64,000 bases of DNA from Candidatus Berkelbacteria bacterium (GCA_029865605.1 JAOUGE010000003.1:21797-85796), one strand, 5' to 3'; positions 48,691 through 63,589 are shown, counted from the first letter of the stretch. Numbers and translations: made by a program. Notes: generated from the sequence alone by a model not told the origin.

Positions 48691-49806
48691 ATGATACCTA
48701 AAAAAATTGCTGTTGTTGCCGAGTGGCTCACATCGCGAGGCGGGGCGGAAAAGGTGGTTGAGGCTTTGCTTGAAATTTATCCGAAGGCCGATCTGTTTAC
48801 AGCCGTTTATAACAGCAGCCTTTTTCCGGAGTTTCAAAAAAGAAAAGTCAAAACAAGTATCTTGCAGAAAATCCCTTGTTTAAATAGAAAACATCAGTGG
48901 CTTTTGCCCTTCTTGCCGGCTGCAATTAGCCATTTGGACCTAAGGGGATACGATTTAATAATCTCGAGCTCTTCGGCCTTTGGTAAGGGGATAAGGAAGC
49001 CGGTTGGCTCAATTCATATCTGCTACTGCCACACACCAATGAGATATGTCTGGCAACCGGATATCGACGAACGCCTAGCGAAACTCCCGTTTGGGAAATA
49101 TATCATAAGAAGACTAAAGGTTTGGGATTTGAAAACCAATCCCGGTGTAGACTACTTTATCAGCAATTCCAGCTATACTGGAGAGAGAATTGCTACCTAT
49201 TATAAAAGAAAATCGCTAGTCATCTATCCTCCGGTTGAAATAAATCCCGGTGATAAACATCCTCTAGGATGGAGTGCCGCCAAAAAAAAGGAAAGCTTCT
49301 ATTTCGCTATTTCAAGGTTAATCCCATACAAAAGGTTCGACCTTGCTATTAAAACGGCTAATGAACTCAGGATCCCGCTTATAGTTGCCGGAAGCGGCCC
49401 CGAAGAAGGAAACTTAAAAAAAATAGCAGGAGCTAAAGTTAGGTTCGTTGGCAAAATAAGCGATAGGGAAAAGGCAAACTATTACTCTCAGGCACGAGCG
49501 GTGATATTTCCAGGCGAAGAAGATTTTGGTATTGTACCTATTGAAGCAATGGCTGTAGGAACGCCGGTAATCGCATACGCTAAGGGTGGTGCAGCCGAAT
49601 CAGTAATAGACGGAGAAACCGGAGTACTCTTCAGCGAACAAACTGTTGATAGCTTAAAGGAAGCCATTCTCAAACTAGAAAAATTATCGCTTAAAAAAGA
49701 AAAAATTATTAACAACACGAAGAGGTTTTCAAAACAAGAATTCATAAAAAAATTTAAAGCGTTTGTGAAACAAATCAAACCTGTCAACGAGAGAAATAAA
49801 ATTTAA
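48691..49806 (+). CDS. Glycosyltransferase family 4
   Basis: GGAE.V, YCHTPMRY.W, EDFGIVP.EAMA.GTPVIA. Confidence 0.93.
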   Translation: MIPKKIAVVAEWLTSRGGAEKVVEALLEIYPKADLFTAVYNSSLFPEFQKRKVKTSILQKIPCLNRKHQWLLPFLPAAISHLDLRGYDLIISSSSAFGKGIRKPVGSIHICYCHTPMRYVWQPDIDERLAKLPFGKYIIRRLKVWDLKTNPGVDYFISNSSYTGERIATYYKRKSLVIYPPVEINPGDKHPLGWSAAKKKESFYFAISRLIPYKRFDLAIKTANELRIPLIVAGSGPEEGNLKKIAGAKVRFVGKISDREKANYYSQARAVIFPGEEDFGIVPIEAMAVGTPVIAYAKGGAAESVIDGETGVLFSEQTVDSLKEAILKLEKLSLKKEKIINNTKRFSKQEFIKKFKAFVKQIKPVNERNKI

Positions 49807-49839
49807 AACTAAAGTTAATAAAAAGAAAGCGAGGATTAG

Positions 49840-50454
49840 ATGGAGCTTAAAGACTACGTTCAAATCATAAAAAAAAATCTGATTATGATCATTGTTGTTG
49901 CGGCGATTCTTGGCTTAGCAGCATACTTTGTAACGCTAAGACAAGAACCAACCTACAACTCGACAATAGGTATCGAAATTACCAGGGAACAAACGGCAAA
50001 ACAGGCAGAAGTTCCTTATTATTTATATGACAATTATTATGCCACCCAAGTGGCCACGACGCTTTCCGATAATATAATCGGTTGGCTCTCTGCTCCATCG
50101 TTCGTTTCGGAGATACTCACCAAAGCTGGCTACGAAGCGCCTTCGGGAAGCTTAAGAGAAATCAGCAAGACCTTTACAGCAAAAAAGAAGATCTCTACTT
50201 CTTCCGTTGTTGATATCAGCTACTCCTCGACTGACTCACAAAAAGCCGAAAAAATAATCCAAACCGCAGCCAGCCTACTCAGAGACAAAACTGAAGCTCT
50301 AAACAGCGCTAAAGAAGCAGCTAAATACGTCACCAGCGTAAGTACGCCGGTCGTAATTACAACGCCCAAGCCACTTTTACTCAATACTCTTATCGGAGTA
50401 CTCGTAGGACTATTTCTATCAGTCGGCTACGCTTTCCTTAAAAATTCAGCTTAG
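49840..50454 (+). CDS. Wzz/CpsC-like polysaccharide chain-length determinant
   Basis: MELKDY..II.K N-terminal TM, C-terminal P.P...N...G...G TM; cluster context. Confidence 0.75.
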   Translation: MELKDYVQIIKKNLIMIIVVAAILGLAAYFVTLRQEPTYNSTIGIEITREQTAKQAEVPYYLYDNYYATQVATTLSDNIIGWLSAPSFVSEILTKAGYEAPSGSLREISKTFTAKKKISTSSVVDISYSSTDSQKAEKIIQTAASLLRDKTEALNSAKEAAKYVTSVSTPVVITTPKPLLLNTLIGVLVGLFLSVGYAFLKNSA

Positions 50455-50461
50455 ATAAATT

Positions 50462-51919
50462 ATGCTCGATGGGATATCAAAAAAGGAAAACGCCACCCCA
50501 TCTAAAAATCCCGAAGCAAAAATCGCAGATGCGCCAAGGACTCAGGGTTTAACAAAGAAGGGGCCATATTTAGATAGTTTTGAGAAGAAAAAAGTAGGAA
50601 GATTACGCCCTCGCTACAAGGATGTGCGGACAAAAATTAAAATACGAAAAAACCGCATAAAGATGGGCTGGTTTTGGTTCTTTGCTTCACTTATTTTTCT
50701 AGCCGCCTTCACGCTTTCTCTGGCTAGCACCAAGATATTTTCTTTCTTTTCAATATTATATAGTCTCGAGAGCGAAAATATTTTGGTTGGCTTTCAAAAC
50801 AGCGCCGAACTGCGACCAACGGGCGGTTTCTGGGGCAGTTTCGCCATCTGGCAGATAGAAAAAAATCTCCAAAATAGTCAGATCCTTTTTGAGACAAACG
50901 TTTACAAAAATACAAATCCTCTACTTGAAAAAACAAATGTCGAACCGCCAAAGCCGCTGAAGGAAACCTGGCCGGAAAATCCACTTGGCTTCGTTAATGC
51001 TAACTGGTCTTTTGATTTCGAGCAGGCAGCTAAAACTCTTGAGTGGTATTTCGGTCAGGCTTGGCAATTAGAAAATTCCGGCGTTATTGCCATATCGTCC
51101 TTAGCGGTCATTGATCTTCTTAAATTAACTGGGCCTGTTACCGCACTCGATGGGACTCAAATAAACAGTGAAAATTTTACTCAAATCCTATCCCAAAAGA
51201 TTGATACTGAATATTGGCAAACAGAGGAAAACAAGCGAATCAATGAACCAAAAACGATTCTAAAGGAAATCTCCCCGCAAATAATCCAAAAAGCAAAAAA
51301 CATCCCTATCCTCACTCTCTATAGATTCACTAAAAAACAGCTCGAAGAGGGACGAATCCTCTGCTATTTTTCCGACCCAGCAAGGGAAAAACTCTGTCAA
51401 AAACTTGGTATAAGCGGAAAATTAGCTCCTTACAGCAAGGACTACCTCTCAATTAACAATGCTAACTTAAACGGCGGTAAGACCAGCCTGAATGTTTCTC
51501 AATCAATTGAATACAGAATTGATAGAGCCGAAGAAGACAATGTCACATTCTTAAAGATAAGGCGCGAACACATGGCAAATAGCTGGCCAGGTATACTAAA
51601 TCGCAATTTCACCAGAATAATCACTCCCCTGGGGTCACAACTAGTTTCGGCAAAGCTTGGCGAGGAAGATATCACTAACACGGTCGAAAAAACAGATGAG
51701 ATGGGCAGAACAACTTTCGGTTTTTGGTTTTCAACTTTGCCCGGAGAAACAAAAACTGCCGAAATCCAATACCTTTTGCCCTTTAGTCTTAAGGATAACC
51801 AAGATTATAATTTGGTTTTTCAAAAACAGCCGGGTACCTTAAGCGAGAAGCTCAAGGTGATCATTTTTGATAAGATTCTATATGAGGGGGAAAACTCAAA
51901 GTCATTCCTTAAACTATAA
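50462..51919 (+). CDS. DUF4012 family protein
   Basis: FQN.AELRPTGGF.GS, ANW..DF, N.N..GGK, QKQPG. Confidence 0.85.
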   Translation: MLDGISKKENATPSKNPEAKIADAPRTQGLTKKGPYLDSFEKKKVGRLRPRYKDVRTKIKIRKNRIKMGWFWFFASLIFLAAFTLSLASTKIFSFFSILYSLESENILVGFQNSAELRPTGGFWGSFAIWQIEKNLQNSQILFETNVYKNTNPLLEKTNVEPPKPLKETWPENPLGFVNANWSFDFEQAAKTLEWYFGQAWQLENSGVIAISSLAVIDLLKLTGPVTALDGTQINSENFTQILSQKIDTEYWQTEENKRINEPKTILKEISPQIIQKAKNIPILTLYRFTKKQLEEGRILCYFSDPAREKLCQKLGISGKLAPYSKDYLSINNANLNGGKTSLNVSQSIEYRIDRAEEDNVTFLKIRREHMANSWPGILNRNFTRIITPLGSQLVSAKLGEEDITNTVEKTDEMGRTTFGFWFSTLPGETKTAEIQYLLPFSLKDNQDYNLVFQKQPGTLSEKLKVIIFDKILYEGENSKSFLKL

Positions 51920-51920
51920 A

Positions 51921-53083
51921 ATGAAAATCGCCATCTTCACTGAATGCTACGAGCCCGTAATCACTGGCGTGGTTCACTCCATCGAATCTACAAAAAAAGG
52001 GCTTGAAAGTCTCGGGCATCAAGTGTTTATAATCACACCTGATTATGGCAAAAAAAACCTCAAAGACGAGGGGATTATCCCCTGTCCCAGCATCCCTCTT
52101 GGCTCAACCGGCTATCATTTCGTTTATAGTTTTCCCCTAAAAGCCCGCCGGATCGCCGAAGAGGCTGACATACTTCATACTCATCACCCGTTTACGCTAG
52201 GCCAAAGGGCGAGAAAAATAGCCAGAGGGCAAAAAAAACCGTTACTTTTTACTCATCATACCCAATACGATCAATATCTTGCCTATGTGCCAATTGCTAA
52301 GAAGCTGGCCAAAAAAGTCCTCTACGGCTACTTAAAAAGCTTCTGCGACCAAGCAACATTAATAATTGCCCCGTCAGAAAGCATTAAAAGGAAAATTAAG
52401 GCTTATGGCGCAGAAACCCCTATCGAAACAGTCCCAAACGGCGTTGAAATAGAAAAATTCAAAAGAAAAACATTGCTATCCCGCCAGAACTAAAACAGCT
52501 GCCGGAGGACGAAAAAATCGTCATTTTTGTCGGCAGGGTTTGCTATGAGAAAAAAATCGACTTTGTAATACGAGCCTTTAAAAAAGTCGTTGGGGAGGCA
52601 CCAAAAACCCGACTTCTGATAGTCGGCGGCGGACCAGCTTTTGATGAATTCAAAAAATTATCCGAGTATCTAGGAATCGCTAAAAATGTGACTATGACCG
52701 GTGTAGTCCCTTTCACTAAAATCCCCGGTTACTTTAGACGAGCTGATATTTTTGCTTCGGCTTCAAAAACCGAGGTTCACCCGATGGTAGGAATCGAAGC
52801 AATGGCCTCGGGACTACCTATTGTCGCCCTAGATTCGGTTGGTTATCGCGATATTGTCGAGAGGGGAAAGACAGGCCTAATTGCTCAAGAAAACCTTAAC
52901 GACTTTGCCTCAAAAATTGTCGAGCTAGTCTCAAACAAAGAAAAGTTCGAGCGCATGAAAAAGAACTCCTCTATATCCTCAAGAAAATATTCTATCGCAG
53001 CAACTTCCAAAAATATGCTAGCGACTTATCAGCGCGCCCAGCAACTTATAAACGGGCTCGAACAGGATAGTAAAAACGACTAA
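51921..53083 (+). pseudogene. Glycosyltransferase family 4 split by one -1 frameshift near 52461 (pseudogene or sequencing error)
   Basis: MKIAIFTE.Y.P...GV N-half joins FVGRV..EK.ID...E..P.V..EAMASGLP C-half if one A is added in TTCAAAAG. Confidence 0.8.
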
Positions 53084-53128
53084 TTTGTGATAAAATGAAT
53101 CCACAAGCCAAAATGGTGTGCTTTATAA

Positions 53129-55075
<1,947 letters not shown>

Positions 55076-55093
55076 AATAGAGCAATAAAAGCC

Positions 55094-57739
55094 ATGAAAG
55101 ACCAAAAAAACCAGAACCCAAAACAGGATTCCACGAAAGAAACGAAGGGCAAATCGAGCTCCATTATTCCCCGTCCAATCGTTGAGGAAATGGAGAAATC
55201 CTATCTTGACTATGCGATGAGTGTTATTATCGCCCGGGCGCTCCCGGATGTAAGGGACGGTCTTAAGCCGGTTCATCGCCGCATCATTTACGCCATGGGT
55301 GAAATGGGACTCTCGTCGGGGTCAAGATACACCAAATCTGCTAAGATCGTTGGTGAAGTCCTCGGCAAATATCACCCTCATGGCGATATGGCCGTTTACG
55401 ACACACTGGTCGGAATGGCCCAGCCTTTCAGAATAAATCACCCCTTGGTTGACGGACAGGGCAATTTCGGCTCAATCGACGGCGACGGGGCCGCTGCTCC
55501 ACGCTACACCGAAGCAAAATTGGAACGCTATGGTGAAAAAATGCTTGAGGACATTGAAAAAAATACGGTTGATTTTAGCTCTAACTACGATAATACGCTC
55601 AAAGAGCCAACTGTTTTACCGACTAAAATCCCCAACCTGCTCGTCAATGGGACAGTGGGAATCGCCGTCGGCATGGCAACTAATATTCCGCCTCACAACC
55701 TAAGCGAAATATGCGATGGGATTATTCAGCTAATCGAAAAGCCGGAACTGACAGTCGAAGAATTGATGCAGTATATAAAGGGGCCTGATTTCCCAACTGC
55801 TGGTACGATCTTTGGAGTCGAGGGAATCAAGAATGCTTCTGCCACCGGCCACGGCAAAATCATCATCCGTGGCGAAGCAGAAGTAATAGAAGATAAAAAA
55901 AACTTTAAAATACATATTTCTTCTATCCCCTTCCAAGTGAATAAAGCCGACCTTATTACGAAAATCGCTCAACTTGTTAAAGAAAAGAAACTGGAAGGAA
56001 TAGCCGATATTCGCGATGAGTCCGATCGCACCAAATCGGTTAGCATCATCGTTGAGCTCAAATCAACGGCTTACCCAAAAAAAGTCTTAAATCGGCTCTA
56101 CGACCTTACTCCGCTGCAGATTTCTTACCACATTAACATGCTTGCCCTGGTTGAGAGAATTCAACCGAGAATATTAAATATACGCCGCATCTTAATTGAA
56201 TTCATCAACCATCGCCGCGAGGTCGTAAAAAGAAGAACGCAGTTTGACCTCGAAAGAGCTAAAGAAAGGGCTCATATCCTCGAAGGACTTAAAAAAGCCC
56301 TCGATCATATTGATGAAATAATTAAGACTATCAAGGGGTCGGAAAACCGCGAGGTGGCGCTCGCAAATCTAGTCAAAAAATACGAATTCACCAAAATCCA
56401 AGCTAATGCGATATTGGATATGCGCCTTTCTGCTTTGGCTGCCCTTGAAAGAAAAAAAGTCGAGAATGAACTTAAGGAAAAATTAAAGCTTATTGAAGAG
56501 CTAACCGCGATCTTAGCTTCAGAAGAGAAGATTCTTAAAATCATAAGAGATGAAACTAATGAAATTAAAGAAAAATTTGGTCGCCCAAGACAAACTAAAA
56601 TAATCGCCGAAGAAATCGGGCAGTTCAAAGTCGAGGATTTAATTCCCAATGAACCTGTCGTAGTTACGCTAACCGAAGGCAACTACATTAAACGAGTGGC
56701 GGTTGATGCTTACCGAAAACAGGGCCGCGGAGGAAAGGGGGTAGTCGGCACAACGCTTAAAGAGAAAGATAAGGTATTACAGATGCAATCAGCCAAAACC
56801 CATGACGATATTTATTTCTTCACCAATTTAGGTAAAGTTTTTTCCAGCAAAATCCACGAGATCCCCCCCTCATCCCGCCAAGCCCGCGGCCAAGCAATCG
56901 TCAACTTAATCCAGATTCAACCCGATGAGTATGTAACAGCAATGCTTATCATTCCAAAAAACGCCAATATTGCTGATAAATATTTCACGATGGGAACAAA
57001 AGGCGGAGTAGTTAAACGAACCAGGATCGGCGCTTATTCTAATATCAGGAAGACAGGGTTAATTGCGGTTAGACTTCGAGAAAAAGACGAATTAAGGTTC
57101 ATCGATATTACATGCGGCAATGACTACGTTATGATGGTTACAAGGGATGGTCAGGGAATAATTTTCTCCGAGGAAGAAATACGCCCGATGGGGCGCTCCG
57201 CCGCCGGCGTAATCGGTATAAGACTTAAATCATCCGATGAAGTCATTTCGATGGGTACCTTCTCCCAGGACCAACCCCAAGCCAGCCAATTTGAGGTAGT
57301 AACGGTTTTAGAAAACGGATTAGGCAAGAGAACGCAAATCCTTAAGCATTTCCCCACCCAAAAGCGGGGGGGCTATGGGGTCAGAACATCCAAAACTTCC
57401 CAGAAAACCGGTAAGGTTGTTGAGGCATTCATAACTAACAACCCCAAACAGGATCTGATTTTAGTCTCTATCTCTGGACAGGCAATTAGAATTCCGCTAA
57501 AATCAGCCAAGCTTCTCGGACGTGATACACAGGGCGTAAGATTAATGAAACTCGGCCTTTCCGACAAACTGGCTTCGGTTAGCGCAGTTGAAGAACAGGC
57601 CGAAATCAAAGAGATTAAAGTGGCATTTCCAGACCAAGCCAAATTCGGGAAAGCCGACAAGGGAGAAATAAAACTAAAAGATCTTGACGTAAAATACTAC
57701 GACCAAAATGCCGCAAACACAAGAAAAGAAAAAAATTAG
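55094..57739 (+). CDS. gyrA: DNA gyrase subunit A
   Basis: [21 protein letters not shown] catalytic Tyr, GyrA-box QGRGGKG. Confidence 0.98.
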   Translation: MKDQKNQNPKQDSTKETKGKSSSIIPRPIVEEMEKSYLDYAMSVIIARALPDVRDGLKPVHRRIIYAMGEMGLSSGSRYTKSAKIVGEVLGKYHPHGDMAVYDTLVGMAQPFRINHPLVDGQGNFGSIDGDGAAAPRYTEAKLERYGEKMLEDIEKNTVDFSSNYDNTLKEPTVLPTKIPNLLVNGTVGIAVGMATNIPPHNLSEICDGIIQLIEKPELTVEELMQYIKGPDFPTAGTIFGVEGIKNASATGHGKIIIRGEAEVIEDKKNFKIHISSIPFQVNKADLITKIAQLVKEKKLEGIADIRDESDRTKSVSIIVELKSTAYPKKVLNRLYDLTPLQISYHINMLALVERIQPRILNIRRILIEFINHRREVVKRRTQFDLERAKERAHILEGLKKALDHIDEIIKTIKGSENREVALANLVKKYEFTKIQANAILDMRLSALAALERKKVENELKEKLKLIEELTAILASEEKILKIIRDETNEIKEKFGRPRQTKIIAEEIGQFKVEDLIPNEPVVVTLTEGNYIKRVAVDAYRKQGRGGKGVVGTTLKEKDKVLQMQSAKTHDDIYFFTNLGKVFSSKIHEIPPSSRQARGQAIVNLIQIQPDEYVTAMLIIPKNANIADKYFTMGTKGGVVKRTRIGAYSNIRKTGLIAVRLREKDELRFIDITCGNDYVMMVTRDGQGIIFSEEEIRPMGRSAAGVIGIRLKSSDEVISMGTFSQDQPQASQFEVVTVLENGLGKRTQILKHFPTQKRGGYGVRTSKTSQKTGKVVEAFITNNPKQDLILVSISGQAIRIPLKSAKLLGRDTQGVRLMKLGLSDKLASVSAVEEQAEIKEIKVAFPDQAKFGKADKGEIKLKDLDVKYYDQNAANTRKEKN

Positions 57740-59501
57740 CCTGCCGGAAGTCGTTCCAGTCAAGCTATTAGCCGAAGAGCTAGAAGCTTCTCCTGCTTTA
57801 ATTGTAAAAAAATTACTGGAAATGGGGGTTCTGGCGACCATTAACGAAAGCGTCGATTTCGACACGGCAGCAATCGTTGCCGATGAATACGAAGTTTCTG
57901 CCGAACGCAAAAAAGATGAAACTGATATTGAGCTCGAAGAAAGCTCAAAATACACGGCTTACGACAGACCTCCCGTTGTAACGGTTATGGGCCACGTCGA
58001 TCATGGCAAAACAAAACTTCTTGATGCAATTAGAAAAACTAATGTCATTGAGACAGAGTCGGGCGGAATCACTCAACATATTGGAGCCTACAAGACAAAA
58101 ATATCAATGAAAGAAAGAAAAAAGACAATCGACCGAGAAATGACTTTCATTGATACCCCTGGGCACGAGGCCTTCTCGGCTATGCGAGCCCACGGGGCAA
58201 ATATCACCGATATTGTAATTTTAGTAGTCGCCGCAGATGAAGGTGTAAAACCCCAGACAATTGAAGCAATAAGCCACGCCAAAGCCGCTAAAGTCCCTAT
58301 CATTGTCGCGATTAACAAAATTGATAAACCGGAAGCTGATCCCGACCGAGTAAAAAGAGAACTGTCCGAGCAAAAATTAATCCCAGAAGAGTGGGGAGGC
58401 AAAACACCAATGGTTCCGGTTTCTGCCAAGGAAGGCAAGAATATAGACGATCTTCTAGAAACCGTCATCCTAACCGCCGATCTCGAAGAGCTTAAAGCAC
58501 CAACCGATGGGCCCGCCCGCGGAATGGTAATCGAATCTAAAGTCCAGTCCGGTAAGGGCGCGACTGCGACCGTAATCATCCAATCTGGAACACTCAAGCC
58601 CTCTGACGTCATAGTTAGCGAAGGAGAATATGCGAAAGTGAGATTTATCGAAGATTGGCGCGGAAAAAGAGCCCAAACAGCCCATCCTTCCGACCCTGTC
58701 CTTGTAGCTGGATTTAAAAAGCCGCCTAAAGTAGGCTCCCAGATAAGATCGGTTAAATCAGAAAAAGCAGCCCGCCAAATAGCTGAAAAGACAAGAAGGG
58801 ATAATTCGGTAAAATCCCTTTCAAGTAAAGGAACTGGTCTTGGCGAGGTTTCAAAAGTCGCCAAAGAGGAAGGTATTAAAGAGTTGAGGCTTATTATCCG
58901 AGCCGACACAAAGGGTTCTCTCGAGGCTATAAAAAGCGGTTTATCCGAAGTTTCAAGCGATTTTGTTAAAATCTCCGTCATTTCCGAGGGGGTTGGAGCC
59001 GTAACCGAATCCGACATTAATCTTGCCTCAGCCAGCCTAGCTGTCGTTTTAGCTTTTAGAGCTTCTGTCCCCCCACAAGTAATGCGCTTAGCCGACGAGA
59101 AGAAGATAAAAATTTCAAAGTACGAAATAATTTACGAACTTATTGATGATATCTTTGCTGCTTTAGAGGGAATGCTGGAACCAGAAATCGTAGAAACGGT
59201 TTTGGGTAAGCTTGAAGTGGTGAAGGTATTTTTCAAACAGCATAACCGAGGAATCATCGGCGGTAGAGTTATATCAGGAAAAATCTCGCCAGGAACAAAA
59301 ATAACCGTAACGAGAAATGGCCAGCCGATTGGCGAGTTAAAAACGGAGAGTATTAAAATAGGCGCCCAAACCGTTAACCAAGTCACAGACAAAAAAGAAT
59401 GTGGTATAAGCTATTTAGGAACAGTTAAGTTGAAGCCGAAAGATATTCTAGAATTTGTTTTAGTTGAAGAAAGACTAAGATCTCTCAAGAAAAAAATATA
59501 G
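57708..59501 (+). CDS. infB: Translation initiation factor IF-2 (short N-terminus)
   Basis: [40 protein letters not shown]. Confidence 0.97.
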   Translation: MPQTQEKKKISLPEVVPVKLLAEELEASPALIVKKLLEMGVLATINESVDFDTAAIVADEYEVSAERKKDETDIELEESSKYTAYDRPPVVTVMGHVDHGKTKLLDAIRKTNVIETESGGITQHIGAYKTKISMKERKKTIDREMTFIDTPGHEAFSAMRAHGANITDIVILVVAADEGVKPQTIEAISHAKAAKVPIIVAINKIDKPEADPDRVKRELSEQKLIPEEWGGKTPMVPVSAKEGKNIDDLLETVILTADLEELKAPTDGPARGMVIESKVQSGKGATATVIIQSGTLKPSDVIVSEGEYAKVRFIEDWRGKRAQTAHPSDPVLVAGFKKPPKVGSQIRSVKSEKAARQIAEKTRRDNSVKSLSSKGTGLGEVSKVAKEEGIKELRLIIRADTKGSLEAIKSGLSEVSSDFVKISVISEGVGAVTESDINLASASLAVVLAFRASVPPQVMRLADEKKIKISKYEIIYELIDDIFAALEGMLEPEIVETVLGKLEVVKVFFKQHNRGIIGGRVISGKISPGTKITVTRNGQPIGELKTESIKIGAQTVNQVTDKKECGISYLGTVKLKPKDILEFVLVEERLRSLKKKI

Positions 59502-59550
59502 TCGTAAGGTTCTTCAAAATCCATTCTCGCAGCCGTTCTATAAGGTGTGA

Positions 59551-59582
59551 GGGGTTGACAGATAAGGTCATTCAAGTAAAAT
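59551..59582 (+). promoter_or_regulatory. Sigma70 promoter of LysM/M23 gene
   Basis: GGGG-TTGACA-16nt-TAAAAT. Confidence 0.7.
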
Positions 59583-59597
59583 GGTTCGCAGTCGTAC

Positions 59598-60711
59598 ATG
59601 ACTGAACAAACCGAGCCTCCCCTCTTACAAAGACGGCTCATAAAAACAAAAAATCCCTTAACAAAGAGCTTTGAAGCAATCTCCGAAATATTAAAAGAGG
59701 CGAAGAAGCTCTTATTTAGGTCCGCTTCGACCAACAATATTGGAAAGAAGCTGATCATAAATATCGGTCTTCTTTTTCTAATAGTCTTAATCCCCTCGAT
59801 CTCCGAATATGCTACAAACTATCAACTTATTCCAGCCTGAGACAGCTCACCGATCCATTAGATCCGAAAAAAGCCGGTGAGTTAGCAGAATCTCTCGACC
59901 TATACACCAGCGGAGTTAACGAAAACCCCGACGAAGTTGCTTTGGCGCTCATGCTTAAAGACGATACCTATACTCTATCTCAACAGCTTTCTGTAAACGC
60001 CGGCAAAGAGATCAATGAGCCGCAAAGGGTAGAGGCAACCTATACTGTAAAGCAAGGCGAAACGATAACCCAAATCGCCCAAAAATTTGACCTTCATGTT
60101 GGCACAATTCTCGAAGCAAATAAAATTCCAGCCGAACAGTCAAAAATAATAAAGCCGGGAACGATTCTAAAAATTCCCTCTTCAGACACCGTCACATCAA
60201 GCGACTGGCTGGTAACCCTAAACCGCGCCGAGGAGGCCGAGAGAAAAGCCGCCGAGCAGAAAAGGCAGGAGGAGCTAAGAAAACAGCTCGCAAAACGGGG
60301 GCGCGCCTACGCCGCTTCTTCATATTCTTACAGCTCGGGCGGATATGCCGGGGTCGACAGAAGCGGCCTTATTGTCCCTATTAGCCACAATGGAATAAGC
60401 CGGGGCTTTAGCTGGGGACACAGCGGAATTGATTACCGAGCCAATGTCGGCACGCCCGTCCGCGCAGCTGCTTCCGGAGAGTAATCCAAATAAGCGGTGG
60501 TTGGTCCGGGGGGTACGGAAACCAAATGCTAGTTGATCACGGCGGGGGTCGGGTAACAAGATATGCCCACCTATCTTCATTTACCGTCGGGGTTGGCCAA
60601 ACAGTTGGCCAGGGACAAACAATCGCTTATTCTGGAAACACCGGGCGCTCCACTGGTCCGCACTTGCACTTTGAACTTATCGTCGGCGGGCGACCAGTCA
60701 ATCCATTCTAA
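59598..60711 (+). pseudogene. TM-LysM-M23 peptidoglycan endopeptidase split by two -1 frameshifts (about 59827 and 60478)
   Basis: YTVKQGETI..IA LysM; [25 protein letters not shown]; fragments join with single-base additions. Confidence 0.82.
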
Positions 60712-60782
60712 AAATAACACCAGGATATAGAATTAAGAATAAAGGATAATAAATAAGAACATCATAAAATCTCGATTCTTAA

Positions 60783-61757
<975 letters not shown>

Positions 61758-61804
61758 ACTTGGCTGGTTTTTTTGCAATCTTTAGGTTGGTTGTAAACTT
61801 TTAG

Positions 61805-63532
61805 ATGATCGCTCAAATATATTTAAAAAGAAAAACGAAACTCGATAAGCCGTTTGATTACGAGATTCCCCGCGGTATGAAAATCAAGAAATTCTCCCTG
61901 GTTGAAATAGAGTTGGGAACGAAAAAAACGATCGGCCTTGTCTGGGGCTTTAAAGATAGATCCCCCTATAATTTAAAAAAAATATCTAGGGTTTTATCTG
62001 CCGGTCCTGCCCTTACGCCAAATCAGTTAAAACTCGCGCATCTGATTTCCGATGAATACTTATCGACGTTAAGCGAGTCAATATTCTCTTTTCTCCCTAA
62101 ATTAAACATCCGCGACTTAAATAAAATAGGCTCAGAGGCCAAACACGCTAGGCGACAAAAACAAGAGAAAATGCTGCTAATCGCCGAGGCTTCCCAAAGA
62201 CTACTATTTTTTTGCCAGAAAATGCAGTTAGGCCAAAATCTAGCCGTGTTTCCTACAATCCACAGGGTTGAAGAAGCCTCCCGAGCCATAAAAAGATTAA
62301 ACCCTAAGCTTCAAGTTTACACCTGGCACAGCAAGCTTGAAAGCTACCAAAAAGCGAAAATCTGGCAAGATTTAATTTCAGATAAAAATAATATTGCTGT
62401 GATAGGAACAAGGCACTCATTATTACTCCCTTTTGTTTCGCTCAAGTCAGCCTATATTGATGAGCCAACCAGCTTTGCCTACCAAGAGGATCAAGCGCCA
62501 TATTACAACGCCTACAAAGTAGCCAGAACTCTTGCCGGCATATTTGGTGCTGATTTAATTATCGGTGAATCCTCCCCTGACATACTCTCGTTTGTTGCTC
62601 TGTCAAAAGGAGAGCTCAAGATAAAAGAAACCAAACCAGCGCTCGACTTTGAAATCCGTGACGGTTGGGAAAATTTCCTAAAAGATGCCCAAAACATAAA
62701 GAGTCTAAAGCCTAACTCAAAAATCTGCGTCATCGGCCCCTGGAAAAATCAGGCGAGGCTTCAATGTTCCGACTGCAAAAGCGAAATCACCTGCCCTAAC
62801 TGCCAAAACCCATTTTTTGAGGAGAACAGCTTTTCCTGCACTAAGTGCAAAAAAAATTATAAAAAAAGTCTTTGCTCAAAATGCGGGGGAGCAAATATTC
62901 AAAAAACCGGCTTTCTCTATTCTAAAATAATAAACGATCTAAAAGCGGTTTTCCCTCAAGCCTTAATTACGGCTAATCCAAAAGCATTTTCCAAATCTCA
63001 TATTGCCGTCACCTCAATCAATGAGCTGGACCGCCTCGATCCAATTTTCGAAACTGCCTTAATCCCCTACTTTATCGAGATGGCCAATTTCCCCTATCTA
63101 AACTTCAGAGAAAAATTATTCCAGAAAATCTGGGGGTTAAGTTCGGCCGGGGTAAAAAAAATCTACCTTTTCGGTGAAAGTCTAGGACAAGATCGTTTTA
63201 CTAGGCAGTTAACCACTAACAATTGGAAGGCGTTTTTAAAGGAAGAAATTGAAGAAAGAGCAAAGCTTAAGCTCCCCCCTTTTAGTAAGTCGGTCATGCT
63301 GGTAGTCAAGTGCCAAACGCCCGAAATTTGCGAAAAAATCAGCCGTGATGTGTTATCAAAAATTAAAATAACGGCCAACACCTATCCTTACGGTCAAGAC
63401 GCAAGAGCAGGAAAATTTACCCAAAAAACGCTATTGACCTTCCCCCACAAAGAGTGGCAAAAATACAAAGTTCTTTTGAAAAATACAAATCCCGATTTTC
63501 ACTTTGAGGTAGATCCGGTGGAATTTAGCTAG
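61805..63532 (+). CDS. priA: Primosomal protein N' (PriA), degenerate helicase domain
   Basis: FDY.IP N-domain, HS.L....A..W, IGTR.SL.LP, YQE.QAP.YNA, 4x CxxC, E..ER....PPF, VDP end. Confidence 0.85.
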   Translation: MIAQIYLKRKTKLDKPFDYEIPRGMKIKKFSLVEIELGTKKTIGLVWGFKDRSPYNLKKISRVLSAGPALTPNQLKLAHLISDEYLSTLSESIFSFLPKLNIRDLNKIGSEAKHARRQKQEKMLLIAEASQRLLFFCQKMQLGQNLAVFPTIHRVEEASRAIKRLNPKLQVYTWHSKLESYQKAKIWQDLISDKNNIAVIGTRHSLLLPFVSLKSAYIDEPTSFAYQEDQAPYYNAYKVARTLAGIFGADLIIGESSPDILSFVALSKGELKIKETKPALDFEIRDGWENFLKDAQNIKSLKPNSKICVIGPWKNQARLQCSDCKSEITCPNCQNPFFEENSFSCTKCKKNYKKSLCSKCGGANIQKTGFLYSKIINDLKAVFPQALITANPKAFSKSHIAVTSINELDRLDPIFETALIPYFIEMANFPYLNFREKLFQKIWGLSSAGVKKIYLFGESLGQDRFTRQLTTNNWKAFLKEEIEERAKLKLPPFSKSVMLVVKCQTPEICEKISRDVLSKIKITANTYPYGQDARAGKFTQKTLLTFPHKEWQKYKVLLKNTNPDFHFEVDPVEFS

Positions 63533-63534
63533 GT

Positions 63535-63573
63535 CGGGCGGGGCGGACACGCGCTTGCGCGCGTGCCGCCCCG
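63535..63573. terminator. GC-rich hairpin between convergent priA and last ORF
   Basis: GGGGCGG-ACACGCGC-TTGC-GCGCGTG-CCGCCCC. Confidence 0.6.
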
Positions 63574-63589
63574 TGTGCGAGCTGGCCCG

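Noticed and set aside
52453-52470. Programmed -1 ribosomal frameshift in GT4
   Set aside because: No X XXY YYZ heptamer in the correct frame and no clear stimulatory hairpin; an indel is simpler
58088-59017. 309-aa minus-strand ORF
   Set aside because: Antisense shadow of infB; no motifs. The same applies to the many short antisense ORFs over ribosomal, rpo, uvrA, der and gyr genes
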